Assembly: GCA_044360195.1 (NCBI GenBank)
Contig: JBIKKT010000011.1
Span: forward strand, 7,567-71,566
From: Bdellovibrionota bacterium
GTDB taxonomy: Bacteria > Bdellovibrionota_C > UBA2361 > OMII01
DNA: 64,000 bases
Reading direction: 5' to 3'
In this document: positions 19,031 to 30,836 of the stretch, one piece after another
How the letters are laid out: each line of letters starts with the position of its first letter
How positions within the stretch are numbered: the stretch's first letter is position 1
Notes under the pieces: generated by a model
Databases searched by the model: none
The model's input: the letters and a program-made list of their open reading frames with translations, nothing else
Told to the model about the DNA's origin: nothing
Made by a program: the position numbers and the translations under genes

Positions 19031-19471
19031 TTAGCGGGATAAAAAAAGTGCTCGAAAGGAGGCGTGCAGCACAAATTCTAGGTCAACGGGTAGGACCGGA
19101 TAGTGATGGATTTCATTTGGGGATACCCATACCGTGCTTTCGACATCGTCACCGTTCCCGCCGAGGGATACCTCACCAGCAAGGCGGGAAACTTTGTAAT
19201 AGATATGTATTAGTTGTTCGTGAGGATACTCAGGGTTCTGCTGGAATGCCTGGGTACAGAAGAGTAGGTGGTCGAGGGTAACTGAGATAGCCGTCTCTTC
19301 CCGAAATTCGCGAACAACGGCGTCGCCCGGGGCCTCTCCAAGTTCAAGTCCTCCGCCGGGAAAATTGGTTATTATCCCCGAAGGGACTCTGGTGTTGGTC
19401 ATGAGTACGTGACCGTTCTCTACAAGAACACCGTAAATAGCAACCCTGAATTTGGTGACATTTAAAGACAT
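19031..19471 (-). CDS. NUDIX hydrolase
   Basis: Nudix box 'GGGLELGEAPGDAVVREFREETAI' (Gx5Ex7REUxEExGU). Confidence 0.8.
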   Translation of the reverse strand: MSLNVTKFRVAIYGVLVENGHVLMTNTRVPSGIITNFPGGGLELGEAPGDAVVREFREETAISVTLDHLLFCTQAFQQNPEYPHEQLIHIYYKVSRLAGEVSLGGNGDDVESTVWVSPNEIHHYPVLPVDLEFVLHASFRALFLSR

Positions 19472-19578
19472 TTTTACCCCTTAGCTCCTATGTCTTTTGC
19501 TCCTATGAGAGGGCTTAATGACGGAATCTGAAGTCCCTGCTACGATACCGTTAGTTATATCATAGAGGCTAGTCAGAT

Positions 19579-20598
19579 ATGGGTCTTCGCACAGTCGTTC
19601 GCTCAGTTGCTCACTTCGTTCCGGAACGCCGGGTCAGTAATGATGAATTATCTAGGCTTATGGACACAAGTGATGCGTGGATTACAGAGCGCACCGGTAT
19701 CAAGGAGCGACGTTTTATTGAGCAGGAGGGCGTTAGTACGTCTCAGTTAGGGGAGCGTGCGGCGATAGAGGCTTTGGCAAGAGCTGGCTGGGCGGCTACT
19801 GATGTAGACCTGATAGTAGTTGCGACCCTTTCGCCAGATTACTACTTCCCGGGTGTTGGTGTGATGCTGCAGCAACGTCTTGGGTGCAGAACGGTACCGG
19901 CCCTTGATATTCGGGCGCAGTGTAGCGGTTTGGTGTACGGCTTGTCGTGTATCGATGGGTATATAAAGAGTAAGCAAGCGCGACGCGTGCTGTTGGTGTG
20001 TGCTGAGGTGCAGTCTCCCGTTCTCGATATGAGTTCGCGCGGTCGCGACATGGCAGTGCTGTTTGGTGATGGTGCAGGAGCGCTCACGCTCGAAGCGCAG
20101 GAGTGTGCGGGAGATGGAAACGAACAGGATCGTGGTATTATTGACTCGTTTCTCGGTAGCGACGGTGGAGGGGCGGATGTGTTGTGTCTAAAGGTACCGG
20201 GAACAGCTAATCCCGGTTTTGTTCGGACTTCAGACATCGAAGAAGCACGGGTCCATCCATACATGGACGGAAAGGTTGTGTTTAAGAACGCGGTTACCCG
20301 ATTGCTAGAAACGGCGCACACTCTGCTTACGCGTAATCAGGTTTCTTCCCAGGCTATCGATCTTATCATCCCGCACCAGGCGAATCTTCGGATTAACGAG
20401 ATGGTTCGAGAGCAGCTTGGGCTTCCTCCTGAGAAGGTTTTTAACAACATTCAGCTTTACGGAAACACCACTGCCGCAACGATTCCTATCTGTATGTCAG
20501 AGGCAGAGGCGCAAGGCGTGTTAAAGGAAGGGATGTTGGTATTGACCCTGGCATTTGGTGCCGGTTTTACGTGGGGCGGGAACTTGATTCGGTGGTAG
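19579..20598 (+). CDS. fabH: 3-oxoacyl-ACP synthase III
   Basis: 'HFVPERRVSNDELSRLMDTSDAWITERTGIKERR', an active-site Cys in the 'AQCSGLVYGL' context, and the C-terminal 'GAGFTWGG'. Confidence 0.9.
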   Translation: MGLRTVVRSVAHFVPERRVSNDELSRLMDTSDAWITERTGIKERRFIEQEGVSTSQLGERAAIEALARAGWAATDVDLIVVATLSPDYYFPGVGVMLQQRLGCRTVPALDIRAQCSGLVYGLSCIDGYIKSKQARRVLLVCAEVQSPVLDMSSRGRDMAVLFGDGAGALTLEAQECAGDGNEQDRGIIDSFLGSDGGGADVLCLKVPGTANPGFVRTSDIEEARVHPYMDGKVVFKNAVTRLLETAHTLLTRNQVSSQAIDLIIPHQANLRINEMVREQLGLPPEKVFNNIQLYGNTTAATIPICMSEAEAQGVLKEGMLVLTLAFGAGFTWGGNLIRW

Positions 20599-20751
20599 AT
20601 TTTGGTTGTTTGCTTAGGGAGTTAGTTGGGGGCAGATAAATTGAGTGATTTTTCGGTATAACCAACATCCTTGTTTAGCCTCCCGGAGTCTTGGTAAAGG
20701 GAAAGGCCTAACCCTTAAAAGTACAACTAGAAATCTGGGCTTGCCACCGTA

Positions 20752-22398
20752 CTAGTGGGCCGATTTAGGTTGTCTTTGAGCGCCATCGGAGTTCATACCG
20801 ATACGATGTAGCACGATATTTTCGCAGCTTTCCTCAGCGCATGACACCTTAATATCGATAACGGGGGAAGAGTGATCCTTTCGTGGAGCTAGTGCAATAC
20901 TCTCCTCAAATTTTCCAGCTGGTAGCGATATCTTTGCAGTTTGTTGGTCGGTGATTTGACATGTGATGAGCTGCGCTCGCTGCGCGGCATTGATTCCTCG
21001 AAGTGTTAGTCCAGAGGCAGATGCGGAGCTTTTAAGAATCAAAGAAAGGGGCGCTCCCGATTTGATTGGAAAAGACCGTGGTGGATAGAGACCCCCCACA
21101 AGTTGATGAATGTTCTTAAAGTGCTCAAAATCAATTTCAGGGAAAATAAACGAATTAACAAAATCCTTCCGCCAGTCATCATATGCCTCCCAGTATTTCT
21201 CGCGGCTTCGGTAAGAGAGAGTGTCTTCGCTCGCTGAGGGAGTGATAAGTTGGTGGCGAACAAGTGCAGAATACATCGCTCGCGCCAGGAGTGCATTTCC
21301 AGCCGATGTAAAGTGAGGATCCCAGCGCAAGTTGTAGCGTCGCCTGAAGGTATCAAAGTCCATACCAAGGTATGAAATGATGTCATCAACTATTGCTGTC
21401 TGAGAGCCATTTAAGAGGCTCTGTTTGAGTGGGACATCCATTCCTAGAATTAAGAGGGGTGTATCACGTTCGGTCGTTGTAGATGCTGCTCTTTGGATAC
21501 TTTGTTCGAAGCGCGTAGAAAAAAAGGGCGACACGTGTATGGCTTCTAACTCAGGAAGGATAGGCCAATCGGCAAGGCCAGTACCTTTGCGATACGGGTA
21601 ACAGGCACTTGTTTCGACAGTGGTGCTCGGAGGCGCTTTTTGAAAAAAGCTTGAGAGCAGAGCATGCAGGTAAGAATGCTTAGCTAGGAACCCTTTTGAA
21701 GGTTTTTCAGGGACGGGTTGACCGAGAGCCCATGCTTGCTGCACAGCGGCCATATCGTTAAATACGTTTTCGTAGTGGACGCAGTTGCTGCTTATCCCCC
21801 AGGTCATCTTCAGCCACTGGGCCGTAGCGGCATAATTGCCCTGGTTAGTTGTCATCGTGCCATTGTCGGTGACAGCGAGGGGATCGTCCCAGTCGTTCGG
21901 TATGACGAGCCATACAATGATGTCCGGCGCATACCTGTCAAGGAAGTAGTCGATTAAAGCAGCTTCATTAACGACAGAGAAACCCTCGATGCCAGCATTG
22001 ATAACCTCGATCTGCTTACTCCCTTCGGCAGCGCTGACACTCGATAGAAGTTTTTGAAGGTGAGCTGTGATGGTGTGCTGTTGGCCTACACCGTAGCCAA
22101 ACACGAGAGAGTCGCCAACCACGAGAATTCGGCGAGAGTTCGGATGGTCCCTTGTGTAGTCAGAGCAGTTGCGAAGCCCATCATTGTTCGAGCAGATCTC
22201 TCCACCTGCCCACTGAGTTCTAAGGTTCGGCTTTAGAAGGTAGGGGATGTCTGGGAGTGCTTGACTGGTGAAATAATTTCTTTCTTGAAAATTAACGATC
22301 ACCCAGAGTCCCAAAACTCGCACTGCCGCTTCGCAGATTAGGAGCGCGAAGATTATCGAAACTGCGGAGAGAAAGAGAGGTGTCTTTAGTTTGTTCAT
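20752..22398 (-). CDS. Membrane-anchored SGNH/GDSL hydrolase family protein (AlgX/AlgJ-like, possible glycan O-acetyl esterase/transferase)
   Basis: N-terminal TM helix. GDSL block I 'ILVVGDSLVFGYG', block III 'NAGIEGFS', and a C-terminal second SGNH-like half. 548 aa. Overlaps the lptA start by 4 bp. Confidence 0.6.
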   Translation of the reverse strand: MNKLKTPLFLSAVSIIFALLICEAAVRVLGLWVIVNFQERNYFTSQALPDIPYLLKPNLRTQWAGGEICSNNDGLRNCSDYTRDHPNSRRILVVGDSLVFGYGVGQQHTITAHLQKLLSSVSAAEGSKQIEVINAGIEGFSVVNEAALIDYFLDRYAPDIIVWLVIPNDWDDPLAVTDNGTMTTNQGNYAATAQWLKMTWGISSNCVHYENVFNDMAAVQQAWALGQPVPEKPSKGFLAKHSYLHALLSSFFQKAPPSTTVETSACYPYRKGTGLADWPILPELEAIHVSPFFSTRFEQSIQRAASTTTERDTPLLILGMDVPLKQSLLNGSQTAIVDDIISYLGMDFDTFRRRYNLRWDPHFTSAGNALLARAMYSALVRHQLITPSASEDTLSYRSREKYWEAYDDWRKDFVNSFIFPEIDFEHFKNIHQLVGGLYPPRSFPIKSGAPLSLILKSSASASGLTLRGINAAQRAQLITCQITDQQTAKISLPAGKFEESIALAPRKDHSSPVIDIKVSCAEESCENIVLHRIGMNSDGAQRQPKSAH

Positions 22399-23060
22399 TT
22401 TGCGGCGCGAACAGAGCCAGCTTTTTGCTGTGCTTTGGTACCGTCAGCGGGTTTAGGCTCCGGTGTGGCTTGTTTTGAGCCTGTAATCTGTGAGAGCGGT
22501 AGCGTAGAGCCACCCTTCTGCTGAACAAGCGTTACGCGTACGGCCCCTTCTGCTTGACTGCGGTTCTCGTTCAAAAATACTTTAATTTTATCTGCCGTCA
22601 GCATGCTCTCGCCCTGCAGTAGCTGCGGATTGTCGGTGAGCGTTATCGTTGCCTCTGCAGCATCGTAAAGTGCGACCTGGCTTGTAGCCTGGATGTCTTG
22701 CTTTGTGATTTCAACATCCCCTTTAGCCAGGAGCTTTTTAATTTGGTTCTTGTCGCTGTAAGTGCCCTCAAGGGTCTTTGAGGTCAGCTTCAAGTCGCCT
22801 TGTAGAACGGTGACGTTGCCCTGGTACACAAAGATGCGGGTTTTGGCATTAAGGGTGAGCGTGTCGGCTGTGATGTTAGTCGGTAGCTTGCTGAAACTCG
22901 TATCAAAGGCTGCCTCATCGAGCATTGCGGTTGAGCTCTTCTCTGGTACTTGCTCAGCTGATAGTGCTAATGGGTACGTGATACCAATCCATGAGCATGC
23001 GGCCATAAAGACTGCTCGAGGGTAAGTTGCGCGATGTATGTATCGAAGATCCCTTTTCAT
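22395..23060 (-). CDS. lptA: LPS transport periplasmic protein LptA (OstA-like N-terminal domain) with a Lys/Ala-rich C-terminal tail
   Basis: Signal peptide plus the OstA_N beta-jellyroll pattern 'VTVLQGDLKLTSKTLEG...SMLTADKIKVFLNE'. Positioned right after lptC. Confidence 0.7.
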   Translation of the reverse strand: MKRDLRYIHRATYPRAVFMAACSWIGITYPLALSAEQVPEKSSTAMLDEAAFDTSFSKLPTNITADTLTLNAKTRIFVYQGNVTVLQGDLKLTSKTLEGTYSDKNQIKKLLAKGDVEITKQDIQATSQVALYDAAEATITLTDNPQLLQGESMLTADKIKVFLNENRSQAEGAVRVTLVQQKGGSTLPLSQITGSKQATPEPKPADGTKAQQKAGSVRAAK

Positions 23061-23064
23061 ATCA

Positions 23065-23712
23065 CTACTTCCTTCCAGCTTTAGGCTTTAACGTGGTGTG
23101 AACTCCTCCAGTGACCCGTATCTCTTGCTCTTCCACTTTTGCGCGTAGCGACGCTCCAAGGAGCCTAAACGCAGGGTGGTCGAGCTCAAAAGGGGCCGGT
23201 AGCTCTACAACGTTAGGACCTCGATCGTATATCGCGCGGTTTGTTTTGAGAGTAGTCCCATCTTTTGCGGTAATTACTACCTTTTCTGATAGTACAGCTT
23301 TGGAGATGTCGGTAAGGGTAATGGTTAACTCGGCATACTTTGAAGCGACTCGAATATCTCCCTTCTGCGGGTCGCGATACGTGAGCACGGGCTCCTCAAT
23401 CGTGGCGATGCTTGAGCCAGGAGCGTATTGGCCTCGCTTCCCGAAAACCTCCCAGACCAGTTTGCCGTCTTTGACAAGGTTACGGTGAAATTCATTTAAG
23501 ACGAAACCAGCACTTGTGCCAGGAGTGCCATTAGGTTGAGGCGCTTCAGGGGCAGGGGTGATAATTCCCTCGACAGTAGCCCTGTTTAGGGGAGAGGTGA
23601 GAACGCGCGCCTTGTTACGCGAGTAAACGATCCCGCCACTAATAAGAAAAAATGTTCCAAGAAGGCCAAGCCCAAGAATAAAGCTCTGCCGACGAGTTAT
23701 GTATAAGGCCAC
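23065..23712 (-). CDS. lptC: LPS export protein LptC (membrane-anchored)
   Basis: N-terminal TM anchor 'FILGLGLLGTFFLISGGIVY', beta-rich periplasmic domain, and synteny kdsA-lptC-lptA. Confidence 0.5.
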   Translation of the reverse strand: MALYITRRQSFILGLGLLGTFFLISGGIVYSRNKARVLTSPLNRATVEGIITPAPEAPQPNGTPGTSAGFVLNEFHRNLVKDGKLVWEVFGKRGQYAPGSSIATIEEPVLTYRDPQKGDIRVASKYAELTITLTDISKAVLSEKVVITAKDGTTLKTNRAIYDRGPNVVELPAPFELDHPAFRLLGASLRAKVEEQEIRVTGGVHTTLKPKAGRK

Positions 23713-23721
23713 TAGGATCCT

Positions 23722-24537
23722 TTACGAGAGAGCCTCTCGAAGCCTGCATAGCTGCGAGATAAGCGGCACTACCTGATCGAGTTTCAACATGCAAGGACCA
23801 TCAGACGGTGCATTGTCTGGGTCATTGTGACACTCAACGAATACACCATCAACGCCTGTAGCAACAGCCGCCCGGGCAAGGGCCTGAACAAAGTGCCTTG
23901 CGCCACCAGAGGATCCTGCATTTCCACCAAGTTGTTGCACACTGTGAGTTGCGTCAAACACTACGGGATAGCCCGTTGAGCGCATAATGATAAAGTTTCT
24001 TGGATCAACAACGAGGTCTCGGTAGCCAAAACATGAACCTCGCTCGCAGAGTAGCACTTTTGAGTTTCCGGTGCTGGCGATCTTCTCGGCAACGAACTGC
24101 ATATCTGCGGGGTGTAGGAACTGTCCCTTCTTTACATGGACTGTTCTGCCGGTTTTCCCTGCAGCAATAAGAAGATCCGTTTGTCGACAGAGGAAAGCAG
24201 GTATTTGTAGCACATCGGCTACTGAAGCTACCGTATCGCACTGATCCTCGGTGTGGATATCGGTCAACACCGGAACGTTAAACGTCTTCTTGATCTCCTC
24301 AAGGATTTTTAGTCCAGCATCCATGCCTATACCGCGCTGGCCCTTGACGCTTGTACGGTTTGCTTTGTCAAAAGAGGACTTGAAGACCAGCGACACAGGA
24401 AGCCCCTTAAGGCTCGTGACGAGAAATTCGGCTATCATGCACGCATGGTCACGAGATTCGATCTGGCATGGGCCTGCTATGACGAGGAGCTTCTCTCCGT
24501 CGCCTACTGATACAGAAGGGGAGATATTAACTTTCAA
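23722..24537 (-). CDS. kdsA: 3-deoxy-8-phosphooctulonate (KDO8P) synthase
   Basis: 'LLVIAGPCQIESRDHA', 'VFKSSFDKANRTS', 'DATHSVQ'. 271 aa. Confidence 0.9.
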   Translation of the reverse strand: MKVNISPSVSVGDGEKLLVIAGPCQIESRDHACMIAEFLVTSLKGLPVSLVFKSSFDKANRTSVKGQRGIGMDAGLKILEEIKKTFNVPVLTDIHTEDQCDTVASVADVLQIPAFLCRQTDLLIAAGKTGRTVHVKKGQFLHPADMQFVAEKIASTGNSKVLLCERGSCFGYRDLVVDPRNFIIMRSTGYPVVFDATHSVQQLGGNAGSSGGARHFVQALARAAVATGVDGVFVECHNDPDNAPSDGPCMLKLDQVVPLISQLCRLREALS

Positions 24538-24551
24538 TGGACCTCTCCTGG

Positions 24552-26411
<1,860 letters not shown>

Positions 26412-26568
26412 TTAAGCTGGGATGTGGAACAAACTATTCAGCGTGTGGAACACTAAAGGCACTTGACTTTCATGGTAAAAGTTCGTGCGCATGGCTGTGC
26501 GCCGTTATGGCGCGTCGCTGAGTGCATATCGTAATGTGGTTGTCGTGTGCTTTTTAGCGGGGTGAGCA

Positions 26569-27132
26569 ATGAAGTGGTCAACTTTCAACGGGGCGTTTGG
26601 GGTCGTGGCTGTAGTGGTCTGTTTGGTTTGTTCGGCGCATGCTGATCCTGGGGGAGAGCGTTCGTCGGCTGAGCTGGGAGCTGCTGCCGAAGCTCGCACT
26701 ATAGACGAGGCGCTGCATAGGCAGGTGCGCGATGGGTGGTACAAGCTATCTATACTTCCCGCTGCAGATGAGGTTGTACTTGAGGGTCAGGTCGATAATG
26801 ACCATACGCGCGAGGAGGTGCTCTCAGTGGCGCGCTCGGTTTCGCGGAAGCCCGTCCGCGATCAGATGCGACTGAAGCCTGCTCGAGCGGATACAGAGAT
26901 TCAAAGTGCTATAAAACGTGCTCTTGAGGCTGAGTACCCAACGTTAGCAAAATCGCTTGATGTATCGGTAGCTGGCGGGGTGGCGCGTCTTACGGGGAGT
27001 CTTCGTAACCACCGCGAGATCGACGAGGTGTTGTCAACCACGATGATGCAGGAAGGTGTTCGTGGGGTCGAAAGTGATATCACTATAAATGGTCGGCCGT
27101 ACGCTACACCTCGACGAGGTGCGAAGAGGTAG
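26569..27132 (+). CDS. Secreted BON-domain protein (OsmY-like)
   Basis: Signal peptide 'VVAVVVCLVCSAHA'. Two BON repeats ('VVLEGQVDNDHTREEVLSVARSV', 'ARLTGSLRNHREIDEVLSTT'). Confidence 0.6.
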   Translation: MKWSTFNGAFGVVAVVVCLVCSAHADPGGERSSAELGAAAEARTIDEALHRQVRDGWYKLSILPAADEVVLEGQVDNDHTREEVLSVARSVSRKPVRDQMRLKPARADTEIQSAIKRALEAEYPTLAKSLDVSVAGGVARLTGSLRNHREIDEVLSTTMMQEGVRGVESDITINGRPYATPRRGAKR

Positions 27133-27134
27133 CG

Positions 27135-27695
27135 TCAAGTCGACTGGTGTGCTGCGTGGGGCGCAGGCAGTTTAATCGCGAGCTGCTCTGCAACCTTTTT
27201 TGCCAGGTCTATGGGTACTAAGCCATCTTTAGTTGCTTCGAGGATGGCGGATCCGAGAGATCGACGAATCTCTGCTGTGACTGGGTAGTTGAGGGCGCAG
27301 AGGAGGGCGATGGTTTTATCCTTTTCTGCGCGATCTTTTTCTAGGAGTACGCTCGTCACCACATTGACAGGTGGAAGAAGCTGCGGGTTTTCCTCGATGC
27401 AACCGGTCAGTGGATTGAGCGCTCGAAAGGCAATTAGTGAAGCTAGGATTGCCGGGATGACCTGTTGGTGGGTGAGAGCGCTCCAGGCGGCAGTCCCGCT
27501 GTGTGGCGAGAAGAGAGGGTTGTCGATCAATTGGGTGTTCATTGAAAAAGCAAGCGCGCTGCGCAGGTCAGCCGGGTCGATCGCTATTGCTACGGGTGTC
27601 TCACTCGGCTGCTGCTCAATCGGGGATATGATTGGCTGCTCTCGCCTAGACATAGGTGCCCCCAAACTTGATAGTGACACCGCAATGTGCCGCAA
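27135..27695 (-). CDS. Hypothetical protein
   Basis: 186-aa ORF with protein-like composition and no recognizable motif. Confidence 0.3.
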   Translation of the reverse strand: MRHIAVSLSSLGAPMSRREQPIISPIEQQPSETPVAIAIDPADLRSALAFSMNTQLIDNPLFSPHSGTAAWSALTHQQVIPAILASLIAFRALNPLTGCIEENPQLLPPVNVVTSVLLEKDRAEKDKTIALLCALNYPVTAEIRRSLGSAILEATKDGLVPIDLAKKVAEQLAIKLPAPHAAHQST

Positions 27696-27963
27696 GGTCT
27701 GTTAATCTCTTTGCTGCCACCGTCTCTGGTCCCGGTTGTATAGAGGGGGAAGTTGCTAGATGGTCGGTAGCCGTATTGGCAGCCGTCAACTTCGTAGAGT
27801 TAGAAGGGGGAACCTGTGGTGCCGTTGCTGGCATACGCTTAAACCTTAAAATCCGTTGGCATTACTCGGGTAGCTACGCTAGGATCCCAGAGTTACAAAA
27901 GAGTTATGCCCGCGTTGAGTGCAGGTGTGACTTATAAGCGAGCAATTTCTAGCGGATTTTTCG

Positions 27964-29163
27964 ATGAACGATAAGGCCCTCCGTCCCCGCGTAGTCTTAC
28001 GACAGGGGCGTGATTTTTCTGTAAGACGCAGACATCCTTGGATTTTTTCAGGGGCTATTGCAGAGCGAGAGGGTACCCTTCAGCGCGGATGCTTGGTTGA
28101 TGTTTTATCCAAGGACGGAGCTCTACTTGGGGCCGGTCACTGGGGAACCCGTAGTATCGCTGTACGGATGTTGGCGTTTGAGCCCGTTGTTGATGAAGCA
28201 ATCCTTCTGCAGGAGCGGTTGGCCTCGGCTGTCCGGTTGCGCAGTGCCTTGGGCCTAATTGGAAATGAGCAGACAAATGGATTTCGACTGGTGCACGCTG
28301 AAGGAGATAGCCTCCCTGGTCTCGTCATTGACCTCTACGGTGAGACAGCGGTTGTTCAGTGTCACTCAGCAGGGATGTGGCGTTTGCGGGAGGAGCTTGC
28401 GACGATCCTGCGCGCCGAGCCGAACCTTAGTATCAAAGATGTTATCTTTAAGCGGGTAGAAGATCAGATTGAAGACGAGGAGAGTGCCAAGAGTGGGAAT
28501 GTGAATCCGGTTCCCGAGCCTGCCAAGCTGGTGTCATTCGCTGAAGGCGGGCTGCGTTTTCTGGCTGATGTGAGTGGTGGTCAAAAGACTGGATTTTTTC
28601 TTGATCAGCGCGTCAATAGAGCAAAGGTTGGGCACTATGCTCGAGATCGCCACGTGCTCAATGCGTTCTGTTACACCGGAGCTTTCTCTGTATATGCTTT
28701 TGCTGGCGGAGCAAAATCGGTGGTTTCAGTCGATGCATCAAAACCAGCGATCGATCTCTGTCGACAAAATGTTGTGGCGAACTTTGCCAGTGCGCAGCAC
28801 CATCCCGAAGTGGCGGATTGTTTTAGTTACCTTCAACAGATTCCAGATACGTTCGATCTGATTGTACTCGATCCCCCAGCCTTCGCTAAGCATCAGCGTG
28901 CAGTGCAGCGAGGTTTGCGGGGTTATGAAACCATCAATACGTTGGCCCTCAAGAAAATAAAGCCAGGCGGAATTCTTGCCACTTTTTCTTGCTCGCAACT
29001 TGTTTCGAAGGAGTTGTTTCGAGATTCGGTCATGAGAGCCGCAGTGAGTGCCGGGCGTTTCGTAAGGATTATCGATTCACTTCATCAGGCTCCATGCCAC
29101 CCGACGAGTATCTTCCATCCGGAGGGTGATTACTTGAAGGGTCTCGTGTTAGCGGTCGAGTAG
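27964..29163 (+). CDS. rlmI: 23S rRNA m5C methyltransferase, RlmI-like (PUA + class I MTase)
   Basis: 'FRLVHAEGDSLPGLVIDLYGETAVVQ', 'LNAFCYTGAFS', 'VLDPPAFAK' (DPPxF). Confidence 0.75.
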   Translation: MNDKALRPRVVLRQGRDFSVRRRHPWIFSGAIAEREGTLQRGCLVDVLSKDGALLGAGHWGTRSIAVRMLAFEPVVDEAILLQERLASAVRLRSALGLIGNEQTNGFRLVHAEGDSLPGLVIDLYGETAVVQCHSAGMWRLREELATILRAEPNLSIKDVIFKRVEDQIEDEESAKSGNVNPVPEPAKLVSFAEGGLRFLADVSGGQKTGFFLDQRVNRAKVGHYARDRHVLNAFCYTGAFSVYAFAGGAKSVVSVDASKPAIDLCRQNVVANFASAQHHPEVADCFSYLQQIPDTFDLIVLDPPAFAKHQRAVQRGLRGYETINTLALKKIKPGGILATFSCSQLVSKELFRDSVMRAAVSAGRFVRIIDSLHQAPCHPTSIFHPEGDYLKGLVLAVE

Positions 29164-29506
29164 ATAGTAGCGGTCGAGTGGAAGACTGCGTGCGGAAGCA
29201 CTTTGGTAGTTGCGTAAATTCTCATTCGACTACACAGTATAGAAAGCAGTTCGCGGTTGTTTCTCTCCCTGAGAAACAATGCATTTGTTCGGTCGCCTAG
29301 TAGTGGGTAACCTACCTCTCCTATAGGGGTGGGGCCCTCGTTGAAAAGGGAGGTGATCCATGTCGGCTATAGGAAATAATTCTGTCGCACTGGTGAAGAG
29401 GTGCCTCACTGCGTGAGGAGTATCTACTCTTTTTGCTTCGACAGGGTTTTGTAACGGTTGTTGGCCTGCCGTAGGCAGGTCAGGGGAAAGGGTTCCGTCC
29501 ATCGTA

Positions 29507-29536
29507 GCGGGGCTCTCTCGCAAGCGAGAGCCCCGC
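29507..29536. terminator. GC-rich near-perfect hairpin just 3' of ridA (minus strand) in a convergent spacer
   Basis: 'gcggggctctctcgc aa gcgagagccccgc'. Further hairpins lie at 29262..29283 ('tgtttctc tccct gagaaaca') and 29401..29418. Confidence 0.4.
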
Positions 29537-29550
29537 AAACGATTTGCAGC

Positions 29551-29961
29551 TTATCCTGCAATCGCGATCATCTCTATTTCAACAATCGCGCCGAGCGGCA
29601 ACGCCGAGATCTGTATCGTGGATCGTGCCGGCTTGTGTCCCTCAAGAGCCTCAGCATAAATCCTGTTCACCGTCTGAAAGTTTCCAAGGTCAGTTAGAAA
29701 AATTGTAGTCTTTGCTACATTTTTAAAACTAAGGCCCATTTCTGCGAGGACGGTCTTCAGGTTCTTGAGTAGTTGCACTGTCTGCTCTTCGATGCCGGGC
29801 CCGACAAGCTGCCCCGTTTCTGGGTTAATTCCTAGCTGTCCAGAGAGGAATGCGAGGTTTCCCGCTCGTGTGGCAGGAGAATATGGTCCAACAGCCTTAG
29901 GAGCACCTGGCACAGTTTCAAAGCATTGAATTTTTTCACTCATACACGTTCCTTTTTTCAT
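29551..29961 (-). CDS. ridA: RidA/YjgF family reactive-intermediate deaminase
   Basis: 'APKAVGPYSPATRAGNLAFLSGQLG', 'VKTTIFLTDL', 'PARSTIQISALPLGAIVEIE'. Confidence 0.85.
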   Translation of the reverse strand: MKKGTCMSEKIQCFETVPGAPKAVGPYSPATRAGNLAFLSGQLGINPETGQLVGPGIEEQTVQLLKNLKTVLAEMGLSFKNVAKTTIFLTDLGNFQTVNRIYAEALEGHKPARSTIQISALPLGAIVEIEMIAIAG

Positions 29962-30121
29962 TTCCAGCGTAGACGAAGAGAAAAATTCTAGTCCGTTGCT
30001 GCTGCAGAGAGAAGGTATTTTTTGTAACTAGCTGAAAATATGAAGCAAATAGTCTGTTAGTTTTTCGTAAGTAGCCAGTAAGGGGCTTACTAACTCGCTG
30101 AAACAAGCTAGGTTAGCCAGC

Positions 30122-30805
30122 ATGTTAGGCAAAGTTCTCGTAATTGAAGACGAAGAAGATATCTGCGAGTTGATTCGCTACAACCTCACTAAAGAAGGTT
30201 ACGAAGTTACGTGCGCAACATCTGGCGAAGAGGGCGTGCAGGTAGTTCGTACGCTAGTCCCAGATGTGATCATTCTTGACCTTATGCTTCCCGGTATCGA
30301 TGGTCTTGAGGTTTGCAAGCAGATCAAGGGAGATGCAGCGGTCAAAAATACGCCAATTGTTATCGTGAGCGCTCGCGGCGAAGAGGGGGATGTCGTTACT
30401 GGACTTGAACTTGGTGCCGATGATTATGTCGCCAAGCCGTTCAGCCCCAAGGTTCTTTCAGCGCGTGTTAAGAGCGTGCTTCGCAGAGGCAAGGTGGCTC
30501 CCGTTGGTTCTGACGCGGTAGTTGAGCTTGAGGGCATTACTGTAAATCCCGAGCGTCGAGAGGTGAGTGTTGAAGGGCAACTCATTGAGCTTACGAATAC
30601 TGAATTTAAGCTCCTTCATTTTTTGATGCGCAGGCCCGGGGTGGTTTTCACTCGCGATCAGATCGTTGAGGGTGTCCACGGAGATGACTACCCAGTAACT
30701 GATCGATCGGTCGATGTGCAGGTCGTTGGCTTACGCAAAAAGCTCGGTTCTGCCGAAGCAGCGATTGAGACCGTACGCGGAGTAGGGTACCGTTTTAAGG
30801 GATAG
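30122..30805 (+). CDS. OmpR/PhoB-family response regulator
   Basis: REC 'KVLVIEDEEDICELI...LDLMLPGIDG' and a winged-helix C-terminus 'LTNTEFKLLHFLMRRPGVVFTRDQI'. Confidence 0.85.
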   Translation: MLGKVLVIEDEEDICELIRYNLTKEGYEVTCATSGEEGVQVVRTLVPDVIILDLMLPGIDGLEVCKQIKGDAAVKNTPIVIVSARGEEGDVVTGLELGADDYVAKPFSPKVLSARVKSVLRRGKVAPVGSDAVVELEGITVNPERREVSVEGQLIELTNTEFKLLHFLMRRPGVVFTRDQIVEGVHGDDYPVTDRSVDVQVVGLRKKLGSAEAAIETVRGVGYRFKG

Positions 30806-30836
30806 GGGAGGTTTCCCCCTCTACTGTGTCTCGTAT

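Noticed and set aside
29470-29500. SRP-RNA-like 'ccgtaggcaggtcagg' string
   Set aside because: The conserved domain IV continuation (uccggaaggaagcagc) is absent. Only a short chance match.
29230-29538. 102-aa minus-strand ORF in the rlmI-ridA spacer
   Set aside because: It overlaps several strong hairpins, has a Pro/Arg/Thr-rich improbable sequence and no RBS. More likely non-coding.
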